Shown here in pieces: positions 35,904-47,969 of a stretch of 64,000 nt of DNA (its first letter is position 1; the number at the start of each line of letters is the position of its first letter). The notes beneath the pieces are model-generated. The model did no database searches. It saw only the letters and a list, made by a program, of their open reading frames with translations, and was not told where the DNA came from. Origin of the DNA: Ramazzottius varieornatus (Eukaryota; Animalia; Tardigrada). Location: assembly GCA_001949185.1 (NCBI GenBank), contig BDGG01000016.1, positions 682,001-746,000 on the forward strand. The letters run 5' to 3'. Made by a program: the position numbers and the translations under genes.

Positions 35904-38900
35904 ATGGTTGGGGATAGAGAAGAGCCAAGTTCAAGTCCAGCGGGACTGGGTAGTCCCGCCGTTCGCAACTCTGGTCGACGGGATTCTGCCAACATTCGTG
36001 TCACGGTGGAATGTCCACTGCAGCCTCAGATATCCGAGATCACTTTCGATGGACAGGAGATACACCAACCGTAAGTCAAGCTGCAGATAGGACGCATCTA
36101 TAAAATGGGACTCTTGCTTGTTTGCAGGCCGATCTCGCGAGGAGAGCGACTGTATCGCAATGCATGCAAGATTAACTTTCTCGAAGAAGATGTGGAGGAT
36201 GGCGAAGAAGACGAGCTGGTGTCTTTTGGTGTCGCAGGTGGCAGGCCGAAAGAGACTCGCGTACAGCGTCCGGATCCAGGGCAGATTGTGTGGAGTCTGG
36301 ATAGCGTCCGCAACAAGCTGCGCAGCGCGCACATGGAAGTGGCCATCTTGACGGACATTCTCGCGCTGTCGAAAGAACGAAAGTACATGCGGGTGGAATC
36401 CGCCGTCAGTGATCCTGTCGAGTCAAAGCCGCATTTCAACATGCACATCAAGAAGAAGGTAAACTTGTCGTCAATTTAGTTTTCTATACCTCTGTCGCGC
36501 ATTTGGTGAACCGTTCATGATATCGAATACAAGATCCATAGGATTGATTGTGCGAAGGTTGATCGGGGTTCTGCTAACTAGACTGACCGGAAGATGTGTT
36601 CTTGTAGGCTGCACAATCCGTTTCGGTCCTTTTTGCTGAGGCGGCCAACCGACTCAAACGATCAGCTGCCGACACTCAAAAGGGTGATAACGATTACCAT
36701 CACGCTTTGATCAACCTTCGCGATCAGTGGAGACTGAAGAAGACGGGAGCCAATGTGACAGGAGACCTCGGATATCGGACAGGTGAATTTCTTCGTTAGC
36801 ACTTGCTGGGATGAGTAAATTTGGAGACCATACGTATGACTTTTTCAGTGGGTTCCGCGCTCAAAGCTGCTGGTCAGTTCGAGATTCGCAAGAACGAGGA
36901 CAACTCGGAGAAACCACTGAACGTCGTCATTGTGGGCGACCTCAGCGGTGAATGCGCTGTCCAAATTGACATCGCTTTCGGTACGTATTCCCGCGGTTTT
37001 TCACCTTTACTTGTGTACTCGTACTTAGAAACATCTGCGTACTGGATCCGTCTGCCTGTAGACCATGTAAGGTCGCCGCAGAAAGACTACATCGATGAAC
37101 TGCGAACCCACGATATGTGGTCGAAGGTGATAACAGCGGATACTCCATGGCATCGTCAGTTAACCGCCGCCCAGAACTGCCTCTACCTCCGCGAACTGAC
37201 CATGATGGTGGGTCCTTCTACTGAAACTACAATATCGATCTGTCGTTGTTGTGGAACGATAAATCTTGGTTTTAGCTTTCTGCGGAAGCCGTAAACCTAC
37301 CGAGTTCCCTCAGTCCGATCGTCTTTGGCGACGAAGTCCACTATACGGTATGTAAATACAGCAGAATAGACTGCTCGATGGCTTTTCTCTGGTACTAGTA
37401 CGAGGTAGATTTGGGTTTTGTTATTAGAGCTTGTTCGGTCATACGGTGCGGGTTAAGCTGCAGCATGTTCCCGAGAGCGAGATGTCACGAACCAAGTCAA
37501 CGGCTCGCTATCCTCACAACTTCAACGAGTCGACCTGGTCAGAGTCTAGAATAGTGGAGATGGTAATGCAGATGATTATGTTGACTCGCATGAGAGACCT
37601 GTCGAACCCAGATATTCCGATCCCGGCTTGTGGACCCCTGGGCCTGAAGAACTTCCGGAGGAAGATGTCTATTCAGGCGCGCGATCGCCGTGTATGGAAA
37701 ATACCGGTCACCCCAGAGTAAGTGTGGATTTCTTAGCACTGCTGGCTGCATATTACAGTAACGAAGAAGCTTTTCCTGGTGCGGGAAGGAAGAAAGCTTT
37801 CTCGTTGTGAAGTTACAACAAGTGTTCGTTGGTTCCAGGCGAAGTTTATCCACGGAGCTACTGGAGCTTTCTCATAACTTACTTCTTAGGAAAAGGTGAC
37901 AACATTGAATGATCTTGATATCGAAAGGATTAATCTGGGACGTCGGCAATGAGTTCAACCGTTTTCCCAAGTGGCGCACAGTGTAAGCCAAAAAGAGTGA
38001 CAGCGTGCGCCGCTTGAGATAAGATTTTAAGTTGTTGGTTCTATTCATTTGCCCCCGTCCCATCTGGGTTTGCTTTTTATGTTCGTGATTTTGAACGCTA
38101 CGAAGCGAGAAACCTGAAGACCTGCTTTGCCTTGCCTGTAGGATTCTGAAGTTTCTTGATGAGTTAGTGGGTCCCGACCTGACGATCATCATCCACGATA
38201 CGTCCACACTTACGTCATGGAAGTACTGTCTTATCAAGCTGTCCTTTCACACTCCGGGATTCGACTTCTACGACAGGTATAACGAACACATCTTCTATGG
38301 AAAGAACTATTTATACGGTTGTTGTGGCTCGTAGGACCAACTGTGCATTCGAGATCCACAGCGGCGAAGCGCGTTTCTGTACTCGAAATTCTGTCCACCA
38401 GTTGAGCGTTGGCGACGATATGGAGTGCCACCTTCTTTACGTCGAGGTTGGTTTCGCATTTTCAGCCAACTCGTCGTTTTGCGATAAAGACTTCCTTTAG
38501 AAGATTTTATCCCCAAAATCACTCAACTAATAACCGAACACTTTTCGGTATCGTTCCACAAAACATTGGCCTCCTTGCAGATGGTTCGACACCACTCAAC
38601 CGTCATGCAATTCCTTCTGAAGTCTCATCGCTTTGAAATCATCCAGTATAACGCTTCTTACGGCTTTTACGAGCTGAAAGAAGCTCCAGTCTCGATCTCC
38701 GTCGCCAACGCTCTCTCGTACGCGATTACCATCGTCGCGAAGTCTTCTGACGAACGATGGTGAATATCACCTTCTCTTACAGACTTTCTCGTGATGGAAT
38801 TCTGTGTTGTTAACTTGTGATTTTTCAGGCTGGTAAAGGTTGTCTGTAGTCTCTGCTACGTCTACAGAGTCTACGTGGCCAGCTTGACTGCCCCTCCGAA

Positions 38901-39135
38901 CCCGACGAATGCTGTCCGAAACAAGGACTTCGTGCCACCTAACCCCATTTTTCGAGAAGTCGATCTGAACAGCATCGTTGGTGGAGATACTCGAGCGAAG
39001 AAGAGTTCGATGGTAATCAGTGCTCTGGCATCTTTACCGCAACACAGTAAGCTCTTGAGGAAGCAGGGCGCTGAACAAGAAACCAAGCTGAGAAGACCTG
39101 CACCTGCGTGGACGAGATGGGAAACGGTAGTTTGA
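35904..39135 (+). CDS. MED17: Mediator subunit 17, multi-exon (3' exon boundaries approximate)
   Basis: RVTVECPLQPQISEITFDGQEIHQP, DSVRNKLRSAHMEVAILTDIL..RKYM, LRDQWRLKKTGANVTGDLGYRT|VGS and WHRQLTAAQNCLYLREL match remembered metazoan MED17 blocks. Confidence 0.88.
37937..38061. repeat. Palindromic element family A (MED17 intron), TSD ATCT
   Basis: ATCT|GGGACGTCGGCAA..AAGTGGCGCAC-N25-GTGCGCCGCTT..TTTGCCCCCGTCCC|ATCT. Confidence 0.85.
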
Positions 39136-39376
39136 GGGTGCGATAAATAATCATACCTTGTATAAATTTTGTACTGTCTCCTGCACGATTCTGTGTTGGA
39201 AGCAAGTCCGCAGATGTGCGCACGTTTCCTTTAACTGAGCTGCTGCGAAAGTGTACTCATACGTCACGATTCAGCACTGCACATTCATGTCGGAAGAAAT
39301 CTTGTCTCCGTCTTTTGTACCGAACACCCAGCCGATTCTCTTCACTAAGACCTTCGTGACAAGAAAGCGAAGACCA

Positions 39377-39379
<3 letters not shown>

Positions 39380-39412
<33 letters not shown>
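39380..39412. repeat. (GA)n microsatellite between convergent MED17 and SKP1
   Basis: Uninterrupted GA run. Confidence 0.95.
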
Positions 39413-39414
<2 letters not shown>

Positions 39415-39600
39415 GTCTTAAAGCGTCCGAGAAACAAAGAAAACGTTGCGTCAGAAGGCTCAAAAATCAGAAACGTCAGGAAAAAACGAGCATTACTCTT
39501 TTGACAGACTTTTCTTCCATTCAGACTGGAGAGCGTTCGAGGTAGGAGACTGACACAGAAACATCCCAAGAGACAAAAGGCATCCTGGACTTTGAGCTTT

Positions 39601-40488
39601 CTAACTGGCTTCGTTCTCGCACCAGGCAGTCTGCTTGCGGATTTCCTCCTCTTCTTCGGGAGTGAAGTCATTCTCAATTCCGTACATTTCACGGATCTGC
39701 TCCACAGTCTTACCCTTTAGAATGTTGGCCACGGTCTTGCAGCAAAGTCCTCGCAGCTTCTTGATGTCCAGGTAGTCAGCGGCCAGCATGATCTCAAACA
39801 GCGAGCTCTGATCGACCTGCAGATACTTCTGGTCCCACTCAGGAATCTCTTCGCAAAAGCGAGCCAAGATCTCTTCTTCCTCCGTCAGCTCCTTGGGCTC
39901 ACCGTCGTGCTTGGCATGGTAGTCCATCCAGTGATGCACCTACAAAACAGAAACATAATTATCAGCGTTGAGCACATTAATACAGATATTATTCAGTCTG
40001 AAAGTTGGTGCACACTTCCACCAGTAACACTGAGGAAGTGCGCGACTTTGAGACAACCATGTTGTCGAGTATGTTCCTCGAAGTGGCGCACGTTCTCGGT
40101 GTTATTAGCAGTAAGCGTGCGCCACTTGAAAAACTGATCTACTATGCGAAAATCAAGGCTTGATTCTTACCTTGCGGAAAATCTCCTTTCGGATCTTGGG
40201 AAGAGGCAAAATGTCGTCGTCTTTGTCGCCACTGCCAGACTCCAAAGACATCTCGAGTAGATCCTTAATCACCTTAGATTGCTGCAAAGGAAAAGAAAAC
40301 GGTTGGAAAGATGGACAGAAGGAACTAACGATACGTACGTGACCTCATTCTTCGTTCGGCTGGCTTACTTTCGCGGCCTGCTCTTCCACCTGGAAGATCT
40401 CACCGTCTTCGGTCCTGATACGGATCATCTTCTGGGGCTTCTGCTCCCCTTCGGTCTTGATTTCAGGTTTCTGATCACCGTCGGCCAT
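39601..40488 (-). CDS. SKP1: SKP1-family protein, divergent (exons 40488-40369, 40281-40171, 39939-39601)
   Basis: IRIRTEDGEIFQVE..SKVIKDLLE..LPLPKI (POZ domain) and IPEWDQKYLQVDQSSLFEIMLAADYLDIKKL..CKTVANILKGKT..ENDFTPEEE..WCE (dimerisation/F-box-binding domain). Confidence 0.92.
40000..40140. repeat. Palindromic element family A, two-core copy (SKP1 intron)
   Basis: Two dyads ~78 bp apart; the second is AAGTGGCGCAC-N25-GTGCGCCACTT. Confidence 0.8.
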
Positions 40489-41520
40489 CTTGTCGCTGAT
40501 TTCGGCTGTCCAAACAAAAGAAATACTACAAACTAAAAATGAAGCCACGAGCGAGAAAAGCCAGGCAACGTGAAGCTTCTACCACACGCTCGAGTCACTT
40601 CAAGTATGGAAGGAAAGGTACCGAAGAGTTGAAGAGTATGGAAAGAGCACAAAGCTCGCCAGGAACGGGACTTTCGGTGGCGCGAAAGAAGACGGGAAGA
40701 AGACTAAGTAGCTTGAAAATCGCTGGAATGAGTAAGTTGATTTTCGTCTTCACTTACCAGTGAGTGGACTGGATTTAGAAAGACAGACCAGAGCCACCAG
40801 AGCTGTACGAGCTTCTATCACCTTATTACCAGCAAATCGCCAAGACCTAATGTTCTATAGCAAGCAGTGATGAGCTGCTAAAAGGGGCCTCCACTTGCAC
40901 AAGGCCTGCCAAAACCGCAAGCTGTCGAAAAAGGTGTTTGATTAGTCATTATCATGCAGTTGGTAACGTGTACGTGGTGTAGACTTCCACACACACACAA
41001 CCGGTTCAAACTATGTCACTCACGCTTTCTGCAGCCCAGCGGTTGCTTGTGTTTGCAGCCCAGCGGTTGCTTGTGTTTGGCGAGACGGTTTTCTTTTGTT
41101 GCTCGGATTACTTGATTGAATGAAGAGCTCATGCTGAATTTCGTTAGTAAATTACATCACATTACGTACTAGATATCATCAACGTATGACGTACACCATG
41201 TCGGTCCTACATATTTGTTAGCTGAACGTAATCAATCAATCGCCCAATCAGTGTGTTTGAGGTTCCGGCAAGGACCCCTTTAGCAGCTCATGTATGCAAG
41301 TCATGCGAGAATTTAAGATCCTGTCCGAAACATCATCGTACAATCTGCTTCGCCCTTGCAAATTCCGATTTTTCGATATCCGCTTATGCCGCAGCGATAA
41401 TGACAGCCGACACCTGTGTTGGACCGGCAGAGCAATAACAAGATGACGCAGGCGGCTCTACTTCGAAAACTGTCGGCTGGTCCGGCCGACTACATCCTGT
41501 CAGTGTGTCTGCCAGAAGTA

Positions 41521-41696
41521 CTGTAAATATTCGCTNNNNNNNNNNNNNNNNNNNNNNNNNNNNNNNNNNNNNNNNNNNNNNNNNNNNNNNNNNNNNNNNN
41601 NNNNNNNNNNNNNNNNNNNNNNNNNNNNNNNNNNNNNNNNNNNNNNNNNNNNNNNNNNNNNNNNNNNNNNNNNNNNNNNGCAGCGAATATTTACAG
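41521..41696. mobile_element. TA-TSD MITE (Tc1/mariner-pogo type) whose interior is the assembly gap
   Basis: TA|CTGTAAATATTCGCT-[144 N at 41536-41679]-GCAGCGAATATTTACAG|TA: a perfect 15-bp inverted repeat flanked by TA. Confidence 0.7.
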
Positions 41697-42683
41697 TATA
41701 TCTTATGCAGCCGACAACAGCCGATAAAAATTCGGCAGGCATCGGCAGCTGTCTGCTGGGGATGTGCCCCGGATCAACATGTCGGCTGGCTTTGACCAAT
41801 GGCCATATGAAATTCGGTGCCGTACCGTCATATGGGCTTCGGTTTCACATGATGACGGTCCGGCACTTGCCAACCGCAAATCTTGTCGAAAGACCCGAAA
41901 ATGTTATATGATATGGACAATGGGCCATATGAGCCATTGTTTGTATCGGAATACAAAAACCAAAATTTAGATTGCACAAATTTTGATGTTTCTTCGAGCT
42001 GTAATCAATGACCAGACATTTGATTCATCGACAGTTCGTTCTTTCTGCACAAAGCAACAAATCTGTATTCAGCACAACTGGCGCAGTGCAGCGTAGTGAA
42101 CGTGCCCGGTTTTTGATTTCCAGACCTTCGAAAATGTGTCGGGTGTTTCCGTCTAGACCACAGGGTTTTTTGAACATCACCTCATTGATGGCGGAAAGCA
42201 AAATCTGAGAACGTTGTCGTGACGAGGCTTCGCGGCTGGCGACCTGGAGGCTAATTCTCATTTCCGCGTCTCAGTGCCGGGTGGCCACAGTATGCCACCA
42301 CACGCCCAGATCGTTAGCTATAACTTGCCGACCGCGCACCTTTTCAGGATTCTGTTTTGTATATGTAATGTGCCGATTTTGATTGATCATTTCAGCTGAA
42401 GAGAACTAAACTGAAAAAATTTTAAAAAGGAAGAAAAAACGACCGCGGAAATCATAGCTCTTTAAAACTAAGTAGGCGGCCTGAAGATGCGTGCTGTTGA
42501 ATGATTTCGAGCCGTTGTACTAAAACTTAAGCATACGTCGGTGGATTAGATATTTGCTGTTTGGCTAAAACTTATTTCTAAAAGAAACGGATAAAAATGT
42601 GGATTGTTATACCTGGTTGAATGAGACCCTAGTATTGTGCGCCGGAAATCGCTGCACCACAGCGTCTGTCTCAATGGCATAGA

Positions 42684-42708
42684 ATGACATGACATGACAT
42701 GACATGAC
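42684..42708. repeat. (ATGAC)n pentanucleotide microsatellite
   Basis: ATGAC repeated 5 times. Confidence 0.85.
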
Positions 42709-43245
42709 TTGCATTCTATCTCGAGAAGTATATTCGTGTTGTCGGCTGGCAGAATTGAACCTGGCCGACGACTACGTCACCCATCCGATCCGAGAAACCC
42801 CCGATATCGGCAGATAATTTTATCGGAAGCTATCTGCCAGTATCTGGCCGAGAAAGTATCTGGCCGAATTTTTCTCGGCCGGACGAGCAGACATAAGTAT
42901 GCCGTCGCCATTAGTCAAAGGCTCAGAGCCTATTAAACGAAGCGGAATGACCAATGGACGAGGCCGGGCGACACTGATCCATCTTACTCGTTATACTTGG
43001 ATCTCCTCGATTCTTCCAGGATCACCAGCGTGTTCGCTCTGGCTTGGATGAAGTGATGTTTCTCGCGTTCTCCGAGCTGTGTGTCTTTATCGTTAAGTTG
43101 TTGGCGAGACGTAACGAAGGCTGTCGAAGGGTGTTTTGGCTCCAGGTGTGGACGTCTTACAAGTCAGAAGACAGCCTTGACGCCTTTTCTGATCAACGCC
43201 AGCCGGAAGGCGTGTTGCGTTTGATCCCGTCCCTCCTGCCGAAGC

Positions 43246-44084
43246 ATGGCTCGAACGAAACAGCATAAATTGAACCCAAAGCCCAGACCTACCGGTAGAG
43301 TGGTAGCTCGGTCCGTCGGAGCAGCAGTTTCGTCCCAAGATCCTGCTGCGGCGCAGGCAGTGCAGGCACCGCTAGCCAATGCTGCACTTCCTCCTCGTGC
43401 GGCGGTTGCTGTGGTTCTCGTGCCTCGTCTTCCTCAGCCCGGACGACGTGGACGAAAACAGCTGGCAACGAAACCTGCTCATTGACAAGACCGGCGACTG
43501 GAGGAATCAAGAAGGCACCTCGGTATCGCCCAGGTAAAAAAAGCGCCTACTTCTGTGACTGCTAGTTTGCTGCCGTTCTAGTTGTTGTCTACTGCCTCCG
43601 TTGCCTTGTCAGGCACGGTCGCCCTTCGGGAGATTCGACGTTACCAACAGAGCACAGCAACGTTACTGGGCAAGCTTTCCTTCCAGCGGCTTGTGAAAGA
43701 AATCTCCTAAGACTTCATGCTCGATATTCGTTTCCAGCCTGCTGCCATTGGAGCTCTGCAGGTAGGCTGGAGAACAAACTTGTTGGTGGTATGTCGCCTT
43801 TAAACTCAACTGTTTCTTCCCTTGTATCACTTGGCATACATCCTCTATCGTTGTAGCAAGCCGCGGAAGCCTACCTGGTCGGCCTGTTCGAAGATACCAA
43901 CTTGTGCGCCATCCATGCCAACCGCTTAACAATCATGGTGAAGGATATGATGGTAACGGTTGAATACTCATTTTTTTGATTTTTGGAGTACTGATGTGGA
44001 AGATTGGATGACTTTGTTGTAACGTTTCCTTGTCGATCATCCTTTCTCTAGCTGGCTCGTCGACTTCGGAACGAGAAGGACTGA
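43246..44084 (+). pseudogene. Histone H3.3-derived variant with extended N-tail, disrupted (exons 43246-43533, 43613-43761, 43857-43952, 44052-44084)
   Basis: MARTKQ..RKQLATK / PATGGIKKAPRYRP|[23 protein letters not shown]|[21 protein letters not shown]..|LARRLRNEKD*. The AAIG motif and an intron after ALQ indicate H3.3. There is a 1-nt frameshift near 43480-43485 and an in-frame TAA at 43708-43710. Confidence 0.88.
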
Positions 44085-45480
44085 TGGTTCGCAATGCTGG
44101 GTCTTGCAAGAGGACTTCTTGGTTCATTTCTGAATATTTTATTTATTTCAAGTGCGTTTTCTTCCCGCTCGAGTAAGCGGTCTTGTCTTTCTCTCGAGGA
44201 TTTCCGCGGCGAACTTTGTCTAGACTTTTAGAGTTCCATAATGTGAGCACAAGTTGTACCAGTTTTATCCCTTCGGTGTTTTTGTCTGGGATCGTATTTT
44301 TAAGTTTTCCGTATAACCGTGTGAGTTTCCTGTGTTCCGCAAGGACGATAAAAAGCTGTGACAAACCTCTTCATGTAAAAACCAAACTGTGGTAGGTTTC
44401 CTCAGGACTTGTGATCTGTAGCGAAAACCAGGAGTGTGATAACTTCCGGCTGACGTACAGTGCTGTTTTGCCCGAATTTAATTCGCTATTGTGTGAAATT
44501 AATGTTACAGGACACACTTCTGCCGTCCTGCGTACAAAGAGGAGCGAACAATGAATCATCATCAGGATTTTCGTTCGGGTACGGAACAGATCCAGCGAAT
44601 TCCCCTGATTGGCTGAACGTACACGTACTTTTGCGAGAAATCGACTGGGTAATTTATAAGTGTTGCTGTTTCAGAATTCAAATCAAGCAAGATGGCTGAG
44701 TTCACCTACAACAACGTACGCAAGATCTTCAGATTCCCGGGTGACCACTTCATCGACACCATCGAAAATGCTGCAAAAGTGAGGATGCTCCTCGCCGAAC
44801 AGTCCTCAGAAGCCAGCTTTGTAGCTTCCCTGGTTTTCCTTCAACTCTGCAACTTAGCTGCTGCAACCAAGGCCTCAGATGTAAAGACCATCGAGATCAA
44901 CTGGAGCACGTTCGCAGGCCCTTACAAAGCCTTCCTAAAGCTCAGCGCCAAAGTTGCCGAAGACGTGGCAAACAAGATCCCGAGAAAGCCAGCAGGGAAC
45001 AAAGAAGCGGCGATCCTCCGGGCGATTTACGAATCGTTACAGGACAATTCCTTCATCAAAATTCTGTCTGAGAATGAAATGGTGGGAAGCTGCGTGTGTG
45101 AACGTCTCGTCAGCTTCCTGCGAGACTACTGGAACTGTTTGACAGGTATTCACCCAACCATTTAAATCATCGTACATTTCGTGAAGTTTTGATTGTTTTT
45201 TATTGATGGCCTCATTTAGATGATGAAGAGAAAGAGAGATCGCAAACACGAACCGGCCAAAACTTCGAGCAAACCTTGTCGTGGCCTCGCTGAAACAGCT
45301 CATAGTGTTGATCGCTAGGTTCCTGGGACTGAGCTCCGTCAAGCTGGCCTTTTCCGAAGAAGCGGAGTTTATACAGATCTGGGAGCCGAATGGGTTCAGT
45401 TCTGGAGTGGTTCGTGGACGGACTAGAACACGGCTGTAAGCGACCTTGCACAATAAACGCGAATTCGTGACAGAGAAACT

Positions 45481-45603
45481 GCGAGCTCGGCAAAGAAACT
45501 CGATCACATCGTTTTCTCAACTGGCGCACGTTGTTAGTGATAGTGTCTGAAACGGTGCGCCACTTGGGATAGCGATCCGGTCGCGTTTCTTTGCCGAGCT
45601 CGC
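45481..45603. repeat. Palindromic element family A (menin-like intron 2), TSD AACT
   Basis: AACT|GCGAGCTCGGCAAAGAAAC...GTTTCTTTGCCGAGCTCGC|AACT, with perfect 19-bp terminal arms and an N25 core dyad. Confidence 0.9.
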
Positions 45604-45939
45604 AACTGGGTGTTAGTCATTCTTGTTTCCAGTGTTCCCCTGTATGAAAGACAAGACACAATTCCGTATTACGAGGTATTACGAGGTCGAGAGAAAGGTT
45701 CGAGAGAGCGCTGGGTTCCACCTAGTTACCGGAACTCCGCAGTTGCTGGCTCACCGCGCATGTTAGATGCTCCAACGATTTCGAGCCGGCAGATCGTCCT
45801 TTCAGAGCTACCACAACATCGAGGACGACCAGGAGAAGCTGCCCAAAGGAAGGAGAGACCTCGTCGAGCACCTATTGTGGGCTTTGTACAACCACGAGAA
45901 GAAGTATTTGCGCCAGTAAGAACAAAATATTCATGAAAT

Positions 45940-46062
45940 TGGCCGGCGGTAGACGACTCGAACAAGATTCTGACTTAAGTGGCGCACGCTCTAGAACAAT
46001 AAGAATGAGAACGTGCGCCGCTTGATATAGCGGTCTGGGTGAGCTCGTTTGCCAACGTCGCA
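45940..46062. repeat. Palindromic element family A (menin-like intron 3)
   Basis: AAGTGGCGCAC-N25-GTGCGCCGCTT..CGTTTGCCAACGTCGC. Confidence 0.8.
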
Positions 46063-46457
46063 AATCTCAATGAATTCATTACTTTTCGCAATTCCAGGCA
46101 GCCGTTGGCGTTTTCGGTCTTGGGCACGCTTAAAAGTCTTGAAGGCGATGCGAGAGCGGAGACCTTGCTGAACGAAGCTGCCAGCATCAGCCAGAAAGAC
46201 TTCGACGATGCCTATACGGTACCGTACTCGTTTTTGGTGAATCATTACATCAGAGTCGGCGGCGGTACTGGTAATCCCTTGGCCAAGTCTCCGGAAGAAA
46301 TACGGATGCAACGTGTGGCGTTAGTTCCTCGACCGATGATTGCAAGAGCGGTCTCCAGATTTCAGCTATGCATAATCCGCGATGAATACTTGTTGCAAGG
46401 TTAAATCCAAATTTCTCCGATACTATCATCCAATATGGACTTCATCAAACACTGTCT

Positions 46458-46561
46458 CGAACAGGATTGTTTTCCCAACTGGCACATGCTCTCAGCGAAT
46501 AAAAATGCAAATGTCCGCCACGTGAGAAAACATTCCTGTTCAATTCGGTTGCCGACGTCCG
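46458..46561. repeat. Palindromic element family A (menin-like intron 4)
   Basis: Degenerate core plus right end TTGCCGACGTCCG. Confidence 0.7.
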
Positions 46562-47969
46562 AATTCGTGAGCTCGTTTCCTTACATTTCGGAACAAGAAT
46601 GGTTTTTGGCATTCCGTCAGAGTTGGTATCGCATACAAGAAAGCTGGCCGCTCAAATGCGTGACGAACGAGTTTATGCTGTCGCAACGTTGCAGCAAGAA
46701 CCCTTGATAGTCGCTCTGACTTTGTCTTTCCTTGACCACTTCTTCCTGTGGCAGAGCAAGAAGATTCGCGGACCACACAGTGCGTCCAACTCTCCCATGA
46801 GAAACATATCCGGAAGCCCGGCTTGGCTAGCCGATGTCAAAGGTATCCTCCAACAAGTCTCTGGAGCCCCCTGTCGGAACCTCGTCTTCCACTCGTACGT
46901 TGGTGCGACGGAAGTCCCGGACATGGCGGCAGTGATGGAGTACTGTCGCGACCCAAATGTGGCATCCAGTAAGACACGACGCGATGCCACAGTTTGGTAC
47001 TACCAGCTGCAGGGGCTTTCCCCCAAAAGGTACAAGCCGAATGGTAAAGTCCAGGTGGTGTGGTGTAGTGGAAAGATGAAATCTCTGGCTGCTCTCCTTC
47101 AAGAGGAGTTTAACGTACGAGAAGTTGGTCGTTTACTCGAACACTGAGCTCCTCGCGTTCTGTTCTCGTTGATATGTGACGATGTACACTACCTGATTCA
47201 GAAATAACGCCAGGCTCTACGAATAAGCATTGCTTTCTTCGTTGTTTCGTGTTCTTATGGCTGCTTAGCTCCTTTGTTGTGGTGCTACTTTGAGTCCATC
47301 GCCTGGAAGTTTTAAAGACCTTTTGTTTTGGACAGTGCGGACATTTTTTGTCACCTTTTTTTCGATTCTCTTTAGTTTGAACGGATACTGTACTTTTTCA
47401 TGTGCTTTTATTCATGCCTGTTCCTGGAAATTGTAAAACCATGAACGAAGTCGGCGGAAGTCCGGCTTGTCTCAAGGATTCAAATTCCCGATGGCTCCGA
47501 ATGCAGTACACCATCCGGTAAAGTTGATTTACAGTACTTGGATAGCAAAAAAAAAGACAAATTTCTAAATAGGCTGAAGAATAATAGGAGGATCGTCGAT
47601 ACACGGTAGCGGGCAGTAAAACGAAACTACAGAGCACAACATCGGCGATAATAATAAAAGGTAGCCGGGATGAGACGTTCACTACGTCGATACAAGGGCT
47701 AACCGATGCAGTTCTCGACAGGGAATTCTGCTGGATAAAATTAAAAGGATAAAATCATTGTTGAACCGATAAAGTAAAACACCAAGACAGTTTACGTGTA
47801 AAGCTCAAAGCACGGCTGGGAAGACCCACTGCCGGAAGCTCAAAATGTCGGGAAGACTGAGGAACTTGTAAAAATTGAGAACAGTGTGCTTCACTCTCGG
47901 CTTTTGATTATTCCTTGAAACCATTTCAAAACTTCTATAAATAATAATGATGAGAAACTTGATGCTCGC

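Larger units (their letters stand above)
44692..47147 (+). pseudogene. Highly divergent menin (MEN1)-like gene, disrupted (exons 44692-45145, 45220-45435, 45633-45915, 46098-46399, 46621-47147)
   Basis: Colinear matches to menin: ARFLGLSSVKLAFSEE ~ QALGLRDVHLALSED; LLWALYN..QPLAFSVLGTL ~ LLWLLYD..YPMALGNLADL; DDAYTVPYSFLVNHYIR ~ DEHIYPYMYLAGYHCR; LSFLDHFFLWQ ~ LRFYDGICKWE; CSGKMKSLAALL ~ QSEKMKGMKELL. Lesions: probable frameshift in an AG run ~45230-45240, a 10-bp tandem duplication at 45666-45685, and TAG at 45764-45766. Confidence 0.78.

Noticed and set aside
41030-41077. 24-bp direct tandem duplication
   Set aside because: A simple local slippage duplication with no further structure.
43246-44084. 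H3-like gene as CENP-A/CenH3
   Set aside because: No loop-1 extension, canonical Q68/F84/T107 retained, H3.3 AAIG motif, and ARTKQ start.
45610-45936. ORF-track 108-aa frame as the real exon 3 product
   Set aside because: The frame results from a 10-bp duplication. The alternative frame has coding-like codons, menin similarity and the correct splice phase.
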